From Podarcis vaucheri (Eukaryota): DNA of 64,000 nt. This document shows positions 39,951-52,967 of the stretch, one piece after another. The stretch is from NCBI GenBank assembly GCA_965113315.1, contig OZ220375.1. The stretch is one strand, 5' to 3'. A program made the position numbers and the translations under genes. Under the pieces are notes generated by a model. The model was given only the letters and a program-made list of their open reading frames with translations, did not search any database and had not been told where the DNA came from. Position 1 is the stretch's first letter, and every line of letters starts with the position of its first letter.

Positions 39951-40247
39951 CAGGGTGGTCCAACACATGGCCCTTGAGGCCTTTTTGGGTGGCTCTCAGC
40001 AACATTTAACACCTCCCCCCCCCCCGGCAGCCCATGAGCTGCCTTCCCAAAACCTAGGTGCTGGGCTTTGGGAAGGAGGCATGAGGGCTCTTGGACCCTG
40101 CCAGAGCCTCGCTTATCTGATTTTGGGAAGGCAGCATGATGGCTGGGGCAGGGGCATCAATTTTGGGCCTTGCTTCCCTACCCAGCCCAGGGTTCTATGT
40201 TGAAGTACTCTTGCGGCCCACTTGGTATGAAAAGTTGGACCACCCTC
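39951..40247. mobile_element. hAT MITE in CBX1 intron 1
   Basis: TIR AGGGTGGTCCAAC / GTTGGACCACCCT; 6/8 TSD gtctagag/atctacag. Confidence 0.8.
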
Positions 40248-40366
40248 ATCTACAGCCTTTAATTCTCCACTTTGTAGTTGTGTTACAGTGTTTTATAAGG
40301 TTGTGATATTTGTATTTTAGTTTTATATTTTATAGTTCACTGTAAGCCACTTTAGGAATATGAATT

Positions 40367-40413
<47 letters not shown>
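40367..40413. repeat. (AAAG)n microsatellite
   Basis: Direct reading. Confidence 0.95.
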
Positions 40414-41859
40414 AGTACTTACTATCAGCAGTTGCAAAATAAGTAAGAACTGAGCAAGGCTTTATATACTGCTTCTCTCTTAATACCAGTTGCTGGCAAA
40501 CAGCAACAGGAGAGGGCTATTGCACTTACGTTGTGTTTCTTGGCTTCCCACATATATTGAGTTAAGCTACTTAACTGTGGGAAAAGGGAACTGGGCTAGA
40601 TAGGCTTTAGGCTGATCTCACAGGGCCCTTATTTTTGGGTCTACATGCTTATGTGTCTTGAACATACGTCAGGGTGGCATAGGGAATAAAATGCTGGACA
40701 TGGGACTAGGGAAATGTAAGTTCATTTCTACACAGTCATAAGTCTCACAATGTGATCTTAAGCTAGTTACTACCTCTCAGTCTAACCTACCACAGGGAGG
40801 GGGGAAAACGGGGCAAAACCTGAGCTCCTTGGAAGAAACATGTGGCGTAAATGTAATAAATAGATACATCTCTCTCATCAAATGCAACACTATTTGCCAA
40901 TGTGAGCCATCATACAATACCACTGCCTAGATACATTCGAAATAGCACCCCATTATGCAGTCCTTTCACTCTAACAAACAGATCCGCATCGACTAAAATT
41001 CACATATCTTAAGTTTCCTAGTTATTTTCCTGCAGTACACCCCAGTTCTTTTTATCTTTTAAATATTAAACCTGTTCACCCACACGACTTGGTTATCTAT
41101 TAGCGCTCGTCAAATCAACAGTGATCATTTTGGCTGTTTTCCAAGTCAATTAACACCCTCACCACTCACTACTCTTATCTTCTATCCAATCACCACTACA
41201 TACAAGACCGCCTAGCTGTATGGTCCCATTTCCCTTCCTCCAATACTGCACTATGATTATGCTGGTTTGGAGGTGCAAATTTATAAAAACCCTCACCTAC
41301 CTACCTTAAAATTTTAATTTCACCCTTCCTACCCACATTAGTCATTACACAATCTGTATACAATCCATTTATGTTTCCCCCTCATTTTAGCCCAGCTACA
41401 CTCCAATACAAACTCTGAAACACTTCTGTCTCCTTCACAGGAACAGCTTCAATCCCAGCACCCCAGTCAATGTTCTTGTTACACTAAAGGAGTGACAAAC
41501 TTCACAAGCACTACCACCTTGGGCAGATGATCCCCTTCTTTGGAAAAAGTCGCTACAGCTTTACTTTCATAGTTAGTTTCTCGAAGAATTATCCCCCCCC
41601 CCCAATATCCTACCATTTCATCTCCCCTTATTAACTGTCTAACAGAGGAAAATCCTCTTAACTAGCCATCTCAGCTCCACGTAAACCCACCCCTATTATC
41701 CCTTTTCTGCATATTTCCTCCCACTTTCGGGGGCGGGGAAGGACGGACGGACCTATACCCACACTTCTTTCTGCAACCATCCCCTCCTTAGTATTTTTTA
41801 CATCCATTCTTCCACACATCACCCCCATCGTCATCTTTGGAGCAGCTTCCTCGAACACC

Positions 41860-42950
41860 TATTAAAAATGCGCGGGCGCGCGCACACAGGCTCCCTCCAC
41901 CGGCCCTTGCATTTGGACATCCCTATTTATGATACCGCTACAGCTTCTTTCAGGAAACCGTTCTCCACATTCCTGTACGCGTTCATTAACGCCCCCTCCC
42001 CCCCGACCGTTATTTACTACCAACGCCTTCTCGATTTCCCCGTTCCCACATGAAACCACGCTCCCCAGCAAATGCCGCGCCTTAGGTACACGGGGATTCA
42101 TTTTGTGGGTCCCCCCTCCCATTGCACCCCTCCATCTGCTCTGCCCACTTCACGTCTCCCCCTTTTGAAATAGTTCCCCCATACATTATGCGCTTCCCTC
42201 CCCCCCCATAGACACCCCACTTTTCGGACCCCACACTCACAGGCGCACTTAGGAAGAGCCATAGCCGTCTCCACTCCCAACTCACGTATTTCGCCTCAGA
42301 AAGCACTGTGCCTATTTCCTTTCTGCCCAGAAAAGCCCGTCCCCCATTTATAAATATTGTACCTCTCTTCCCAAGAGGAGCCCCCGCTCACCCAGGAATA
42401 TCCCCCCCTCCCTCAGCACCCCCCAATATGGCCGTCCAGCCCGCGCGCGCGATGTTGGCCCCCTGCGCGCGCCCCCACCCCGCGCTGCCCGTTTTACCTT
42501 CTTCAGCCCCGCCAACAACGCACGAGGGGAAATAAAAACAAACGGGCGGGAGAGAGAAGGACGGCGCGAGCGGCACACGGAGCGAGCCGGTCTCGTTTCA
42601 AAGCAGAACAGAGCGACGGTTGGACAAGGGGCCTCCCGCGTTCGCTCCACCTCCGCCAAACAAAAGAGCGCTGCAACCCCTTCGGCCCGCCGAGACGCAC
42701 TGCGCATGCTCCTGCTTCTCCTCCTACGCCCCTCTTTCTAATTCCCTCCAAGACCTCCTCTCGCCCGCGGCATTTTGGGACCGGATGTTGTCTTTTTCCT
42801 TCCTCTACCCGTAGACATAGGAAATAGACTCGCGTACGTCGCGTACTTGCGAGTCTTTTCACGCAAGTAGCCATTGAGAGCGCAGCACAGCCGCGATGGA
42901 CAGCAAAGCAGCCTGCATAGACACAAACACAAACACACACGCCGCGAAAA
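41860..42950. promoter_or_regulatory. CBX1 CpG-island promoter
   Basis: Dense CpG; nuclear respiratory factor 1-like TGCGCATGC at 42701-42709, ETS-like CCGGATGT at 42781, YY1-like AATATGGC near 42425. Confidence 0.75.
42498..42700 (-). other. CBX1: Probable CBX1 non-coding exon 1
   Basis: Inside the CpG island; donor GAAG|GTAAAA at 42498/42497; TSS approximate. Confidence 0.6.
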
Positions 42951-43083
42951 CAAAAGCTTCCTCTTTTCTTTTCTAATCGTGGTTTTTTTGAAAGAGGTTC
43001 CAAGCAGAACCCTGTATGCGTCTTCTACTGAGAAGTTCGACCCACTGAGTTCAATGAGGCTTACTCTCAAGAAAGTGGTTACA

Positions 43084-43945
43084 TATAATGATGGAAGACT
43101 GCGAAAGGATGTGGAAGAAAGGGGTTAAGTTTACTGCACGCCCGGTATTAAAAGAAAACATGAAAATGATGTATAGGTGGTACTTAACCCCGGTAGAATT
43201 AGCAAAGATTTATCATACAAATGATAATTTATGCTGGAAGTGTAAAGAAAAAGAAGGTACTTTTTATCATATGTGGTGGACTTCTGGGAAAAGATTTATA
43301 ATGAGTTGAAAAAAATGTTGAAAAATACATTTGTTAAGAAACCAGAAGCCTTTTTACTTGGAATAATAGGATTGGAATTGCCCCAAAAAGATGTTAAACT
43401 ATTTTTGTATGCCACTACAGCGGCAAGACTGTTATTAGCCAAAAATTGGAAATCTCAAGAAATACCAACGGTAGAAAAATGGCAGATGAAGATGTTGGAG
43501 TTTTGGAGCTGGCCGACCTGACTGGAAGAATCTGCGACCAGAAAGAAAAGGAGCATCAAAAAGATTGGAATAAATTTAAAGATTATTTAGCTAAATACTG
43601 TAATATAAGATAATTAGAAGGTACTTGAAAGTATCAAATAGGCCTAGGATTAGAATAAGAATGTTGTATAGTAATAGGGATTTAAGTCAATAAGAAAAGA
43701 GATGAAGATAGTAAACTGAATTGTAGTAGAAAGATGATTTTGGAGAACTGTTACAAGGTGATACAATGAAATTCAGTTAGGGGGGATTTGAGGAAGTCAG
43801 TTAATAATGGAATTTAAAATGAACTTCAGAAGGAATATGTGTTTTTATTTTTGTTTTCTTTTTTCTTTTAGTATTGTAATGTTCTTTCTTTTGTATGTTT
43901 TATATGTTATATCTGTTAAAATTAATTAAAAAATGAAAAAAGAAA
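43084..43945 (+). mobile_element. 5'-truncated L1-clade LINE (ORF2 C-terminal zinc knuckle, 3'UTR, A-rich tail)
   Basis: MYRWYLTP...CWKCKEKEGTFYHMWWT and FWEKI...LLGI fragments; exact 15-bp TSD AAGAAAGTGGTTACA at 43069-43083 and 43946-43960. Confidence 0.9.
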
Positions 43946-44442
43946 AAGAAAGTGGTTACAGAATTACAGCTTTTAACAAGCGCAGCTTAATTGAATGCAA
44001 GCCAATGAAACACAAAGCTTGTGTTACAACTGAGTGCAGGATTTGGCTTGCAAGGTAAGCCACCCCCATTCTGCAGTATGTGAAGCATGTACAGTATTTC
44101 ATTGACACAGGGCAGGTTTCTTTTAATGCCTGAAAAGTTTAAAAAAGACAGTTCTTCACGCGAAATATCAGAAAAGCCCTAATTTTTGTCGCCATGGCTG
44201 CTGCCTTTTAAGTGGACACACTGGTATTCAATCACAACAGTGCAAAAATCCTGGGTTTCTCCATTGTTTCCAATGAATAGGCATGGTAAAGGAACCCAGA
44301 AGTTTCGTTTCCAGACTTCCTACACTATCCGAATACTTTCCTTTTGCTACCTATCTGACTCGACATTGACTTTCAGTCTAACAACACTACGCCCCTGTAG
44401 CACTTAGCACCCAAGAATGGGTCTCGCAAACAGGAGGTTGCT

Positions 44443-44466
44443 GTGCCTCCTGGGAGTTGTAGTTTC
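44443..44466 (-). promoter_or_regulatory. ZNF143/THAP11 (SBS + ACTACA) site between CBX1 and SNX11
   Basis: Minus strand GAAACTACAACTCCCAGGAGGCAC, close to consensus. Confidence 0.55.
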
Positions 44467-45830
44467 ATGGCAGACGATACCCAGGAACATACTGTACTGT
44501 AGTTCTTTTTGTTCTGAATTTGTGTGCTGAAGTGGATTACAATACTCAGTACTGTACTGTACATCCCAAATAATAGGAAGGAGCTATTTTTGACTCAACA
44601 TGAATGTGAGCAAAAGAAAATTTGATTCCCACACCCAGGGGAGCTTTGCAGGATCAATTTCCTCCGGGGAAGACAGCACTAAAGACTTTCTCTATTTACT
44701 GATTAAAATATACAGGTTGAACAAGTGGGAAGCAAGTAGGCACACAAGCTGTAAGAACAGCAGCTTCAGAATCAACAGCAGCCCCCAAGACAAAGCATCT
44801 TCTGATCCGGCTTTAAGCAGCACCCTGCTGGATCAAACCTGACCAAAGGCCTATAAAATCCAGTATCTTGTTTCTCAGCGCCACCAACCATTGTCTCCTG
44901 GATTTAGGTACTTTCCAGCTGGACTTTTAGATTAAAAACAAAGGAATTACTGTAACATGATAGGCCACTGACAAAAAGCAACACCTGCTGTTAAACCATC
45001 AACTTGAAGGGTATATACAAGAACTTAGGATATATCTTCCTTTGTACAACAGAATAGGATGGACCATAACAATACATTCTGACTTCCTCCCACAATCCTT
45101 TTATGATTTAGAAATTTCAATTATTTTTCTTAAGAAGAGAGTTTGAGTGGCTTACAATAAATGATGCAGCATAATGCATCAGGGACAGAATCTTAGCACA
45201 TATTAAATAGTGATGAATAGAGGCTTGAAATTCTTAATTTTTTGCATTTGGGGGAATTAAAACTAGTGTGACAAATGGAAATGTGCAATCTTAGTCTTTC
45301 AAAAAGCATTTGATGTGAAGTATTTAGACCACATGGAAGTGACATCTGAAGCCACCTGTACCACTAACAGCGCAATCCTATCTATACAGGATAGCTCAGT
45401 CTTGTGGAGATCATTCCAAGGGTTGCAGCCTCAAAAGGAAATTCACATTTGTTTTCACCCCAAGAAACAAACTCAGAAAGGGACTGTGGAAATAGAAGTA
45501 GGTTAGAGTTACGGTGAGAAAGGGACATTTTAGCTCCTATCTTGAAGGCAGTCCCTATTGCAACCCCTTCTTTCCTCCTTCATGTGGATGATTGCTATTC
45601 ATTATTAGTGGGGAAAGTACAGTACTGAACTTGAGGACATGGCTTCAGTGAAGGCAACCTTTCTTCCATTAATGACACTGGATGACTCAGCTCTCAGTGA
45701 CAGAAGTGTAACAGAGGGATGTGTTGAATCTCCCATCATAGCAACAGGCACCTTCTTAATACAGAATAAATCTGGAGACATTATTTGGTTCAGTGAAATG
45801 TGTCCTTTGACTTGGAATGTGTTTAAAGTA

Positions 45831-46048
45831 CAGTGGTACCTCGGGTTATGCACTTATGTACTTAATTCGTTCCAGAGGTCCGTTCTTAACCTGAAACTGT
45901 TCTTAACCTGAAGCACCACTTTAGCTAATGGGGCCTCCCGCTGCTGCTGTGCCGTTGGAGCACAATTTCTGTTCTCATCCTGAAGCAAAGTTCTTAACCT
46001 GAAGCAATATTTCTGGGTTAGCAGAGTCTGTACCCTGAGGTACCACTG
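45831..46048. mobile_element. Tigger-like MITE (same family as 62532-62758)
   Basis: TIR CAGTGGTACCTC.GG, TA TSD. Confidence 0.9.
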
Positions 46049-46659
46049 TAGCTTAGCGGTAATCTAAACCTTCAGGGAGGAAATTGTTGTGTTTGGGACT
46101 TTGCCACTTCAGAATATACACGCGTGCTAGAGGGAATTGAAAAGTTTGAACGCTTCCCTAGGAAGTGTTAGAATCACAATTCCAGCCTAGCCTTTCCCCT
46201 GCCTAGTGGATCCAGTCTCTCCCCCAGCACACACAGTGTCTATTCATGTGATGCATGGATTCTAACAGACTGACTATATGCATGTTCAGAAGCAATTTGA
46301 ACTATGTAAGCACAAAAGATTGCAGCATAACAGCACCACCTTAATTATGTTTAAGGCTGCATTCCCATACAGGGAGGAAGGCCCATTGAACCTAGGACTT
46401 ACTTCCGAGTAGACATACATAGGATTGTGTTGCAAAAGTCAGTTAAAAGGAAACTGAGGGCTGTATCCAATGATAATCCTACTCAGAGTAGACATGATTA
46501 ACCCCAAGTCATTCATTTCAATGGGTCTACTCTAAATAGAACTTCTTCAAGACAACCCTCACTCCGACAATCCTATAAGTGCTATATAATTCAGCGGGAC
46601 TTACTTTCGAGTAAGCATGCTTAAGGTAGTGCTATGCATTAAGGTACTTAATTTATACA

Positions 46660-47420
46660 GGATGCAAATTGCAAACCACGGTCTTTAAGCAGAACGCACA
46701 GCTGAAATACTGTATCGTCCTTTCGGGCTATGAATTATAGCTGCGGTTCGAAACTGCATTTCCCATCAGCCAGCACGGCTCACGCAACCGAGAAAAACTG
46801 AGATCACGTGGGAAAGAAAATCCCACCCCCCTTTTAAAGCTGAAGCACTCGGGCTCGGACATTCTTAAAGGGGCCGCGGCAACAACAGCAGCTTAGGCGG
46901 GTCGTTGCAAGAAAACAAAACAAGACAGTAAGCCGAAAGCGGGGTGCAGCTGGATAGAAGGTGTGAAAGACGAGGAGGCACCAGAGCCGCGCCCTTTTTA
47001 AACATTTTATTTTAAAAAGAGCGTGCAGTGTTCAATAAGCGAGGAGGGAGGGTTGGAAGTGAGACATGGGTGGGGGAATTAACGGAGAGGACTTCGGCAC
47101 GATGAAGGAAGTACAGAGCAACGATTGCAGAAAGGAGGGGCGCGGGTGGTGGTCGTAGGTCGCCTAGGCTGGTGCTGGGATCGTGTGCATGGGCTGGGCG
47201 TGGAAACGGGGGTGCCTGTTAAGCACAGAAACAGGACTGCATGTTGGCGTGGACAGGGGTGTCGGGAGGAGGACTGTGGCGTAAAGCAGCAGCGAAGAGT
47301 CGGGAGGACAAGCATACCTCGCCCAGGCAGGGCGCTTTGCTGGCAGACGGTCCTGTTGCCCCCCGAGGGCGCGCGATGCATCTAGGCAGGTCGGGGCTGG
47401 TCAGGCGGAATCCCGTGTCT
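46660..47420 (+). promoter_or_regulatory. SNX11: SNX11 CpG-rich promoter and non-coding exon 1 (candidate donor at 46927/46928)
   Basis: CpG-rich; octamer ATGCAAAT 46662-46669, SBS-like AAACTGCATTTCCCATCAGCC about 46751-46771, E-box CACGTG about 46805, donor ACA|GTAAGC. Confidence 0.6.
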
Positions 47421-48138
47421 ACTGCCTGCAGCTCCATTATGGGAAGAAGGTGGTATAAGCGGACTGAAAGAAATAGGCAGATCAAGCTGTAAGGATCTTG
47501 AGGGTAGCGGGGCTAGGAAACGCATCTGTTTTAGATCATGGACGATTGCCGCCAGTCGGGATACTGTACTTGAATGCTTGAATTAAGCACCTGGTAAATT
47601 TCCGATGTAAGCTTAAGAGGGCTGGAGATCTTGGGCCGTGCTCAGCGGCTACCCGTTGAAACTTAAGTTAGTTATGTCTATTACTTATTTCATAAAATTT
47701 ATGAAATAATTTTTCATACCCCCACTAGCCTCGAAGTGGCTTACAAAGTGGGGAAAAACAACTAATATAAAAATAGGAACAGTAATAAACTAAATACCGC
47801 TCAAAGCACTCACAAACATAGTGGAACACAAGAGCCTGCCTGATGCCACTAGGTAGAGAGTTCAAAAGTGTAGCATTTGTTTCCATGGGCCTTGAGTAAG
47901 TTAGCATTGGACACCACCCCCTCGAGTTATTTCCTGAGACACCCGTCCTTCCCCTGTTACTGTTATAGGTCTGTTGGCATTTTCATAACTTCTGCATAGT
48001 TTCCCCTTGCCTGTCTGAAAACTAGCAAAGTGCTTGTGTTACTTACACACAAACACACACACCCTTCTCCTAAGCACGGTGTGCAAACCAGATGCACTGG
48101 AACATACTAGACCTGCCCCCTCACCACTTCCCCTGTGC

Positions 48139-48467
48139 CAGGGGTCTGCAACCTTTAAGACAAAAAGAGCCACTTGGACCCGTTTCTGAAGGGGAAAAAA
48201 ACCCCGGGAGCCGCAAAACCATTGTGACATTTAAAGCATGCACGCCGCTGCCCTCTGATCTGACAGCGGGCGGGAAGGTGACGTTGGGATGGTGACTAAC
48301 GCACGCACCGCCCCCATGCGACATTACAGCCAGTACAGCGCCTGCCACAGTGGGGAGTGTCGGGGCACACAATGCACCTCCTCCCCTCGCTAGTATCTGC
48401 CCCGGAGCCGCGGCAAAGGTGTAAAAGAGCCACATGCGGCTCCAGAGCCGCGGGTTGCAGACCCCTG
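48139..48467. mobile_element. hAT MITE in SNX11 intron 1
   Basis: 15-bp TIR CAGGGGTCTGCAACC; exact 8-bp TSD CCCTGTGC. Confidence 0.92.
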
Positions 48468-51308
48468 CCCTGTGCCCTTCCTCCTCCTGCCTGCTTGTGG
48501 TGTAGGGTCTGAGAAGACCTATTATTGGAGGAAGCAGGAGGAAAGTGCTTCTTGGGTCAAGTCTGTGGGAGAAGTGGCATGGGGATGCAACATTTTCTCC
48601 CCAGAAAATATTGATCCTGCTCATTTATTTTTAAAGCTAACACTACTAATGGTAAGAGATTCTGAGTAGCTACTAACTTGGGACAACTGAAGTGAGGATT
48701 TTGACACCCAGCAGAAAAGCAGGCAGGGTTTATATCTCTTCGTGGACTAGTCAGCAGGCACCAGGCTCAATTAGGCCCTTCTTTTATCTTCTAGTAGCTG
48801 AGGATTGCAGCATGGGATAACACTAATGCTTGGTACTTATGTAGTGCATCCAGGATGCAGAGCACCTGCAGCATTAAGGGGTTGTTATAAGGGTTAGTGA
48901 TGAAGCTGAGTCAGTGCTGTTAATCCCCATGTTACTGACTGCCTGTGGGAGGTCTGGTATTGCCTTGATGGCACCTGCTTTCTCTAGTGGTAACCAAATC
49001 ACAAAGTTGGAAAGGCCCCTCAAAGGTCATCTAGTCCAACCGACACATCCCCCCCCCCCGATGCAGGAAACCCACTACCAGACATTCCTGATAGGAATAA
49101 ATTGGGATTATGTATGACTTGTCTACCTGTTAAAGGTCAAAGATGTATGGGCCAGGAACAGAGGGGAGTGTTTGGGCTGTAGCTTATTTGAAAATCACGA
49201 TCCCTGACCTGGAATCATACACATGCCAGAATTCTTGTATGTTTCCGCAAGACTGGGAATCGAATCTGAAGCTAAGCCCTTGTAAAGGGAAGGGCTGCTA
49301 AGGCAGGTCCTGAATAATAATTTTAAAAGGTTATTTGCATACTGAGCTTTTGTTTCTAAGATACTGGAGTGAGCAAAAACACATATAAACAGATTTGGGG
49401 ACTTGTATTGGCACTTAGACACCTTGGGCTTACTGTTCAAAAAGAGGAAGAAGTATATGCATGTGTATGCATTTTTTTTTTTGAGCAGTAAAATGGAAGT
49501 GCATTGCCTAAGCTCGGTTCCCATCTCAGACTGTCCCATACAGTGCTGGGATAGTGTTATCAGAAGGTTCAGGGGTAGCTGCCATAGCCCCAAACACTGC
49601 TGTGTGTGTGTGGTTTCTCAGTTGTTTACCCTTTCCTGCTGATGATAGTCATAGGTGACATTGACACTTGAGGGCTTGTGCTTTCCTTCCCTTGGTCTTT
49701 CCATTTTTGGACTTTCTCCCTCTCCCTATTTTTTGCATACTTGCCGTGTCCCTACTCTGTTCTTCCCTCTATGTGGCCCTGCTTTCACTGCCATACAAGT
49801 TGGCACTTCACTGGGTAGTAGGCCCAAACCACCAACAGCCAGACACCCATTGCACCACAGGAGGCCAGGGAATAATAACTGTGGATCTCAAAAGGCAGAG
49901 TCTCCTGAGCAAGGATATATTTGATACAGGATAGACGTGGGGTTTAAGGACATAAAAACCTTAGGTGTTGTTGTTACAAGTTTTCTGATTGAGCTGGGTG
50001 TTTTGAACTTCCTAGCAAATAAGGAACCAACAACTAGTTAATCAACTGTGCAGCACCACATCAGCCTCCTGCTGATAATATCCTTCTTTAATGACATTTT
50101 CCTTGCAGACAGAGGAAGCTTTCTGTTTATTTAAAGGTAGGGAAGGTGTCTGTCATTTTGAGCCCTAGGCTTGGCAGTGACAGTGGCTAGTCAGAGGTGG
50201 GGGTGGAAACATTCTGCATGTGCTCAGACACACTATTCCCCAGGTTCCAGGATTGAATCTTTTTGAGTCATAGCTGAATTGAGACCTAAATCATACTCAT
50301 TTTTCCTGTGATCCTCAGAGCTCCTTTTGTTTTGATTTTGTAGGTTTTTCAAATCCAGCCCAGTGAATACTTCTAGTTCCTCAACTTTGGTTGCAGATCC
50401 GTTCCTAAATTCTGGAGGACTTGGAACCTGTTCAATGGAAAGGGGGTGAATGTGTTTGCCACCCTGAGGTAAAACAATTTTCAGATAGCCTCTTGCAGCA
50501 AAAAAATACAAATGAGTTTCCTAGTATGTACTTTAAAGACTTGAAACATCCTGTATACTTGACATTCATGTCCATCACAATATCCCTCCTAATGGCATTT
50601 TAAAGAGCAGGTTGGGGAATCTTTGGAGATGGAGATGGAATCAATGCTGTCCAACTTGACAAAGCTGTTGTGAGAATCAGATAAGGGTTGTAGAGTGTTT
50701 TGCAAGTCAATGAAAGTGCTACAGAAACCATAGCAAGCCAGATTAGCCTAACTGATACTGGTGGTTTGCTTAAATTACCCACTCTTGCCCAATAGAAAGG
50801 GAGAAGCTAATGATTACCCTTTAGCAAGTCTTTCCAGCTCCTCATCCCACATGTAAATATAATGCAGTATTCCCCCTCTCGGTTGCCAAAGTCCTGCATT
50901 ACTTTGGTTTTTGAAAATTGTGTCTATGTAGGGCCAGTATTTCAGGTTGGTAATTTCAGGCATTTGCTGAGATCCATGCCTCAACCAAGGGTCACTACCA
51001 ACCCCTCTGCTATCTCGGCCTTTTCACTGTAAGCAACTGAGCTGCAAAAGCAGTAGCAGCACTACCCTCTTCTGCTCCTCTTGCCATCTCCTTCTGGGAA
51101 GCTGTATGGATTGGGTCCAGAGGGAGAGAGCTAGCAAATGGGCAGTGGTCACAGCAGCGAGGAGGAAGGGCGTTTGCTAAGGGCATCTTGCTGGCCATTT
51201 CCCAAGACAGTACCTCCACAGAGCCTAATAGAGTTGGCATTTATCATGTTATCTTCCCACAAGGAAGGTATTCCAGGTGATGCTACTGCTATGTGAAAAA
51301 CTAGCCAT

Positions 51309-51508
51309 NNNNNNNNNNNNNNNNNNNNNNNNNNNNNNNNNNNNNNNNNNNNNNNNNNNNNNNNNNNNNNNNNNNNNNNNNNNNNNNNNNNNNNNNNNNN
51401 NNNNNNNNNNNNNNNNNNNNNNNNNNNNNNNNNNNNNNNNNNNNNNNNNNNNNNNNNNNNNNNNNNNNNNNNNNNNNNNNNNNNNNNNNNNNNNNNNNNN
51501 NNNNNNNN
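51309..51508. other. Assembly gap (200 N)
   Basis: Run of N; the round length suggests a placeholder size. Confidence 0.99.
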
Positions 51509-51957
51509 GAATGGAAGAACTGTCTCATAACCAAAAGCTTGTTTGGGTCAGAACCACAAAAGATTCATGCCCCTCTGTTTGCTGTGTCCCCCCCCTCCAA
51601 ACTCCCACATGCTCTAATCTAAAGAATCACCGGGTGGGGTGGGGGTGGAAGGCTCAGTGCGCAACTGCTTTGGTACACAGGACTGTACGCGGATCCCCGT
51701 AGGGTCAGGAATGCCATTCAGTCTGTGTTCCATCCCACCTCCCACTTATTCAGCTTGCTTGTGTGAATCAGATTCAACTGGCTCAAGCGCGAAAATCTGT
51801 TAGTGTGGCACACAGTTGCTTAGTCACCATGATTTCCCTCAGATTGCCCCAAGGATTCAACTCATGCCCCCATATGCCAGCAATGGAGGGGGCTGTGCCT
51901 TTCATTATTTGCTGAGGCTGTGCGGTTTGGTGAGCTGGAGGACCTTTCTTTCTTTCT

Positions 51958-52210
51958 GAGAGCCAGCGTGGTGTAGTGGTTAAGAGCAGTAGACTCATAA
52001 TCTGGTGAACCGGGTTTGTTTCCCTGCTCCTCCACATGCAGCTGCTGGGTGACCTTGGGCTAGTCACACTTCTTTGAAGTCTCTCAGGTTCACTGCCTCA
52101 CAGAGTGTTTGTTGTGAGGGAGGAAGGGAAAGGAGATTGTTAGCTGCTTGAGACTCCTTAAGGGGAGTGAAAGATGGGATATCAAGTCCAAACTCCTCCT
52201 CCTCCTCTCT

Positions 52211-52269
<59 letters not shown>

Positions 52270-52270
52270 C
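51958..52270 (+). mobile_element. Squam3/POM-type SINE with a (TTTC)n tail
   Basis: Head GCCAGCGTGGTGTAGTGGTTAAGAG, CORE-like GTGACCTTGGGC, microsatellite tail. Confidence 0.85.
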
Positions 52271-52880
52271 AATAAGGTTGTGGATTCATATTCAACCAGC
52301 CCCTCCACTCCTTTCAGAAGAAGTGGGACAGAGCATATATACCTTAGAATCTACCTATTGGAAAATGAAGGGAGAACATAATAGAGTTCTGTACATCCAA
52401 ACACCATTGTTGTTTGGAGGGGCAGTTGTTAGCTGGCAGCTTAAGAATGGATACAAGGAAATCTCTTCTTATAAAGAGTACTCATTTACAGGGCTGGACA
52501 GAGGACAGGTCTTTTAACATCTATTAGCCTTCATCCACATCACCTGGTACTTGAAGGTATCCTTACCTCCATGTTCCAAGACAATATCAGTTGCTGGCAA
52601 CAAAGAAAGGAATGTGGTTGCTTCCATCCTGTGCTTTTCAACTTCCTGGGTGCCTCTGGTTGGCCATCATTGAAAAAAGGTGCTGAAGTAGATGTACATT
52701 TGGTGTGATCTAGCAAGGCTTTTTTTCTATCTGCTTAAACAGTTTCTGTTTGTAGATGATGTTCTTCAGGCTAGGAGTCATTATTCCTCTTAAGGTATGG
52801 GATGGGAGGCCGTGGGGAGGAGTATTGGGACTGGAGACTTTTGAATGTGTTTCCACCACCCCCTCTATCCTCTTGCCCAG

Positions 52881-52967
52881 GAGCTGACCACTGTGCGTGT
52901 CCAAGATCCTCGTGTCCAGAACGAGGGCTCCTGGAACTCTTATGTGGACTACAAAATATTCCTCCAT
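52881..52967 (+). CDS. SNX11: SNX11 PX-domain exon A
   Basis: cccAG|ELTTVRVQDPRVQNEGSWNSYVDYKIFLH|GTAAGT; 87 nt. Confidence 0.96.

Noticed and set aside
42308-43128. Several overlapping 60-166 aa ORFs
   Set aside because: Stop-poor CpG island; no recognisable domain
43088-43521. Two small ORFs as a novel zinc-finger gene
   Set aside because: Frameshifted L1 ORF2 remnant bounded by a TSD
51277-51702. ORFs containing poly-X
   Set aside because: Artefact of the N gap
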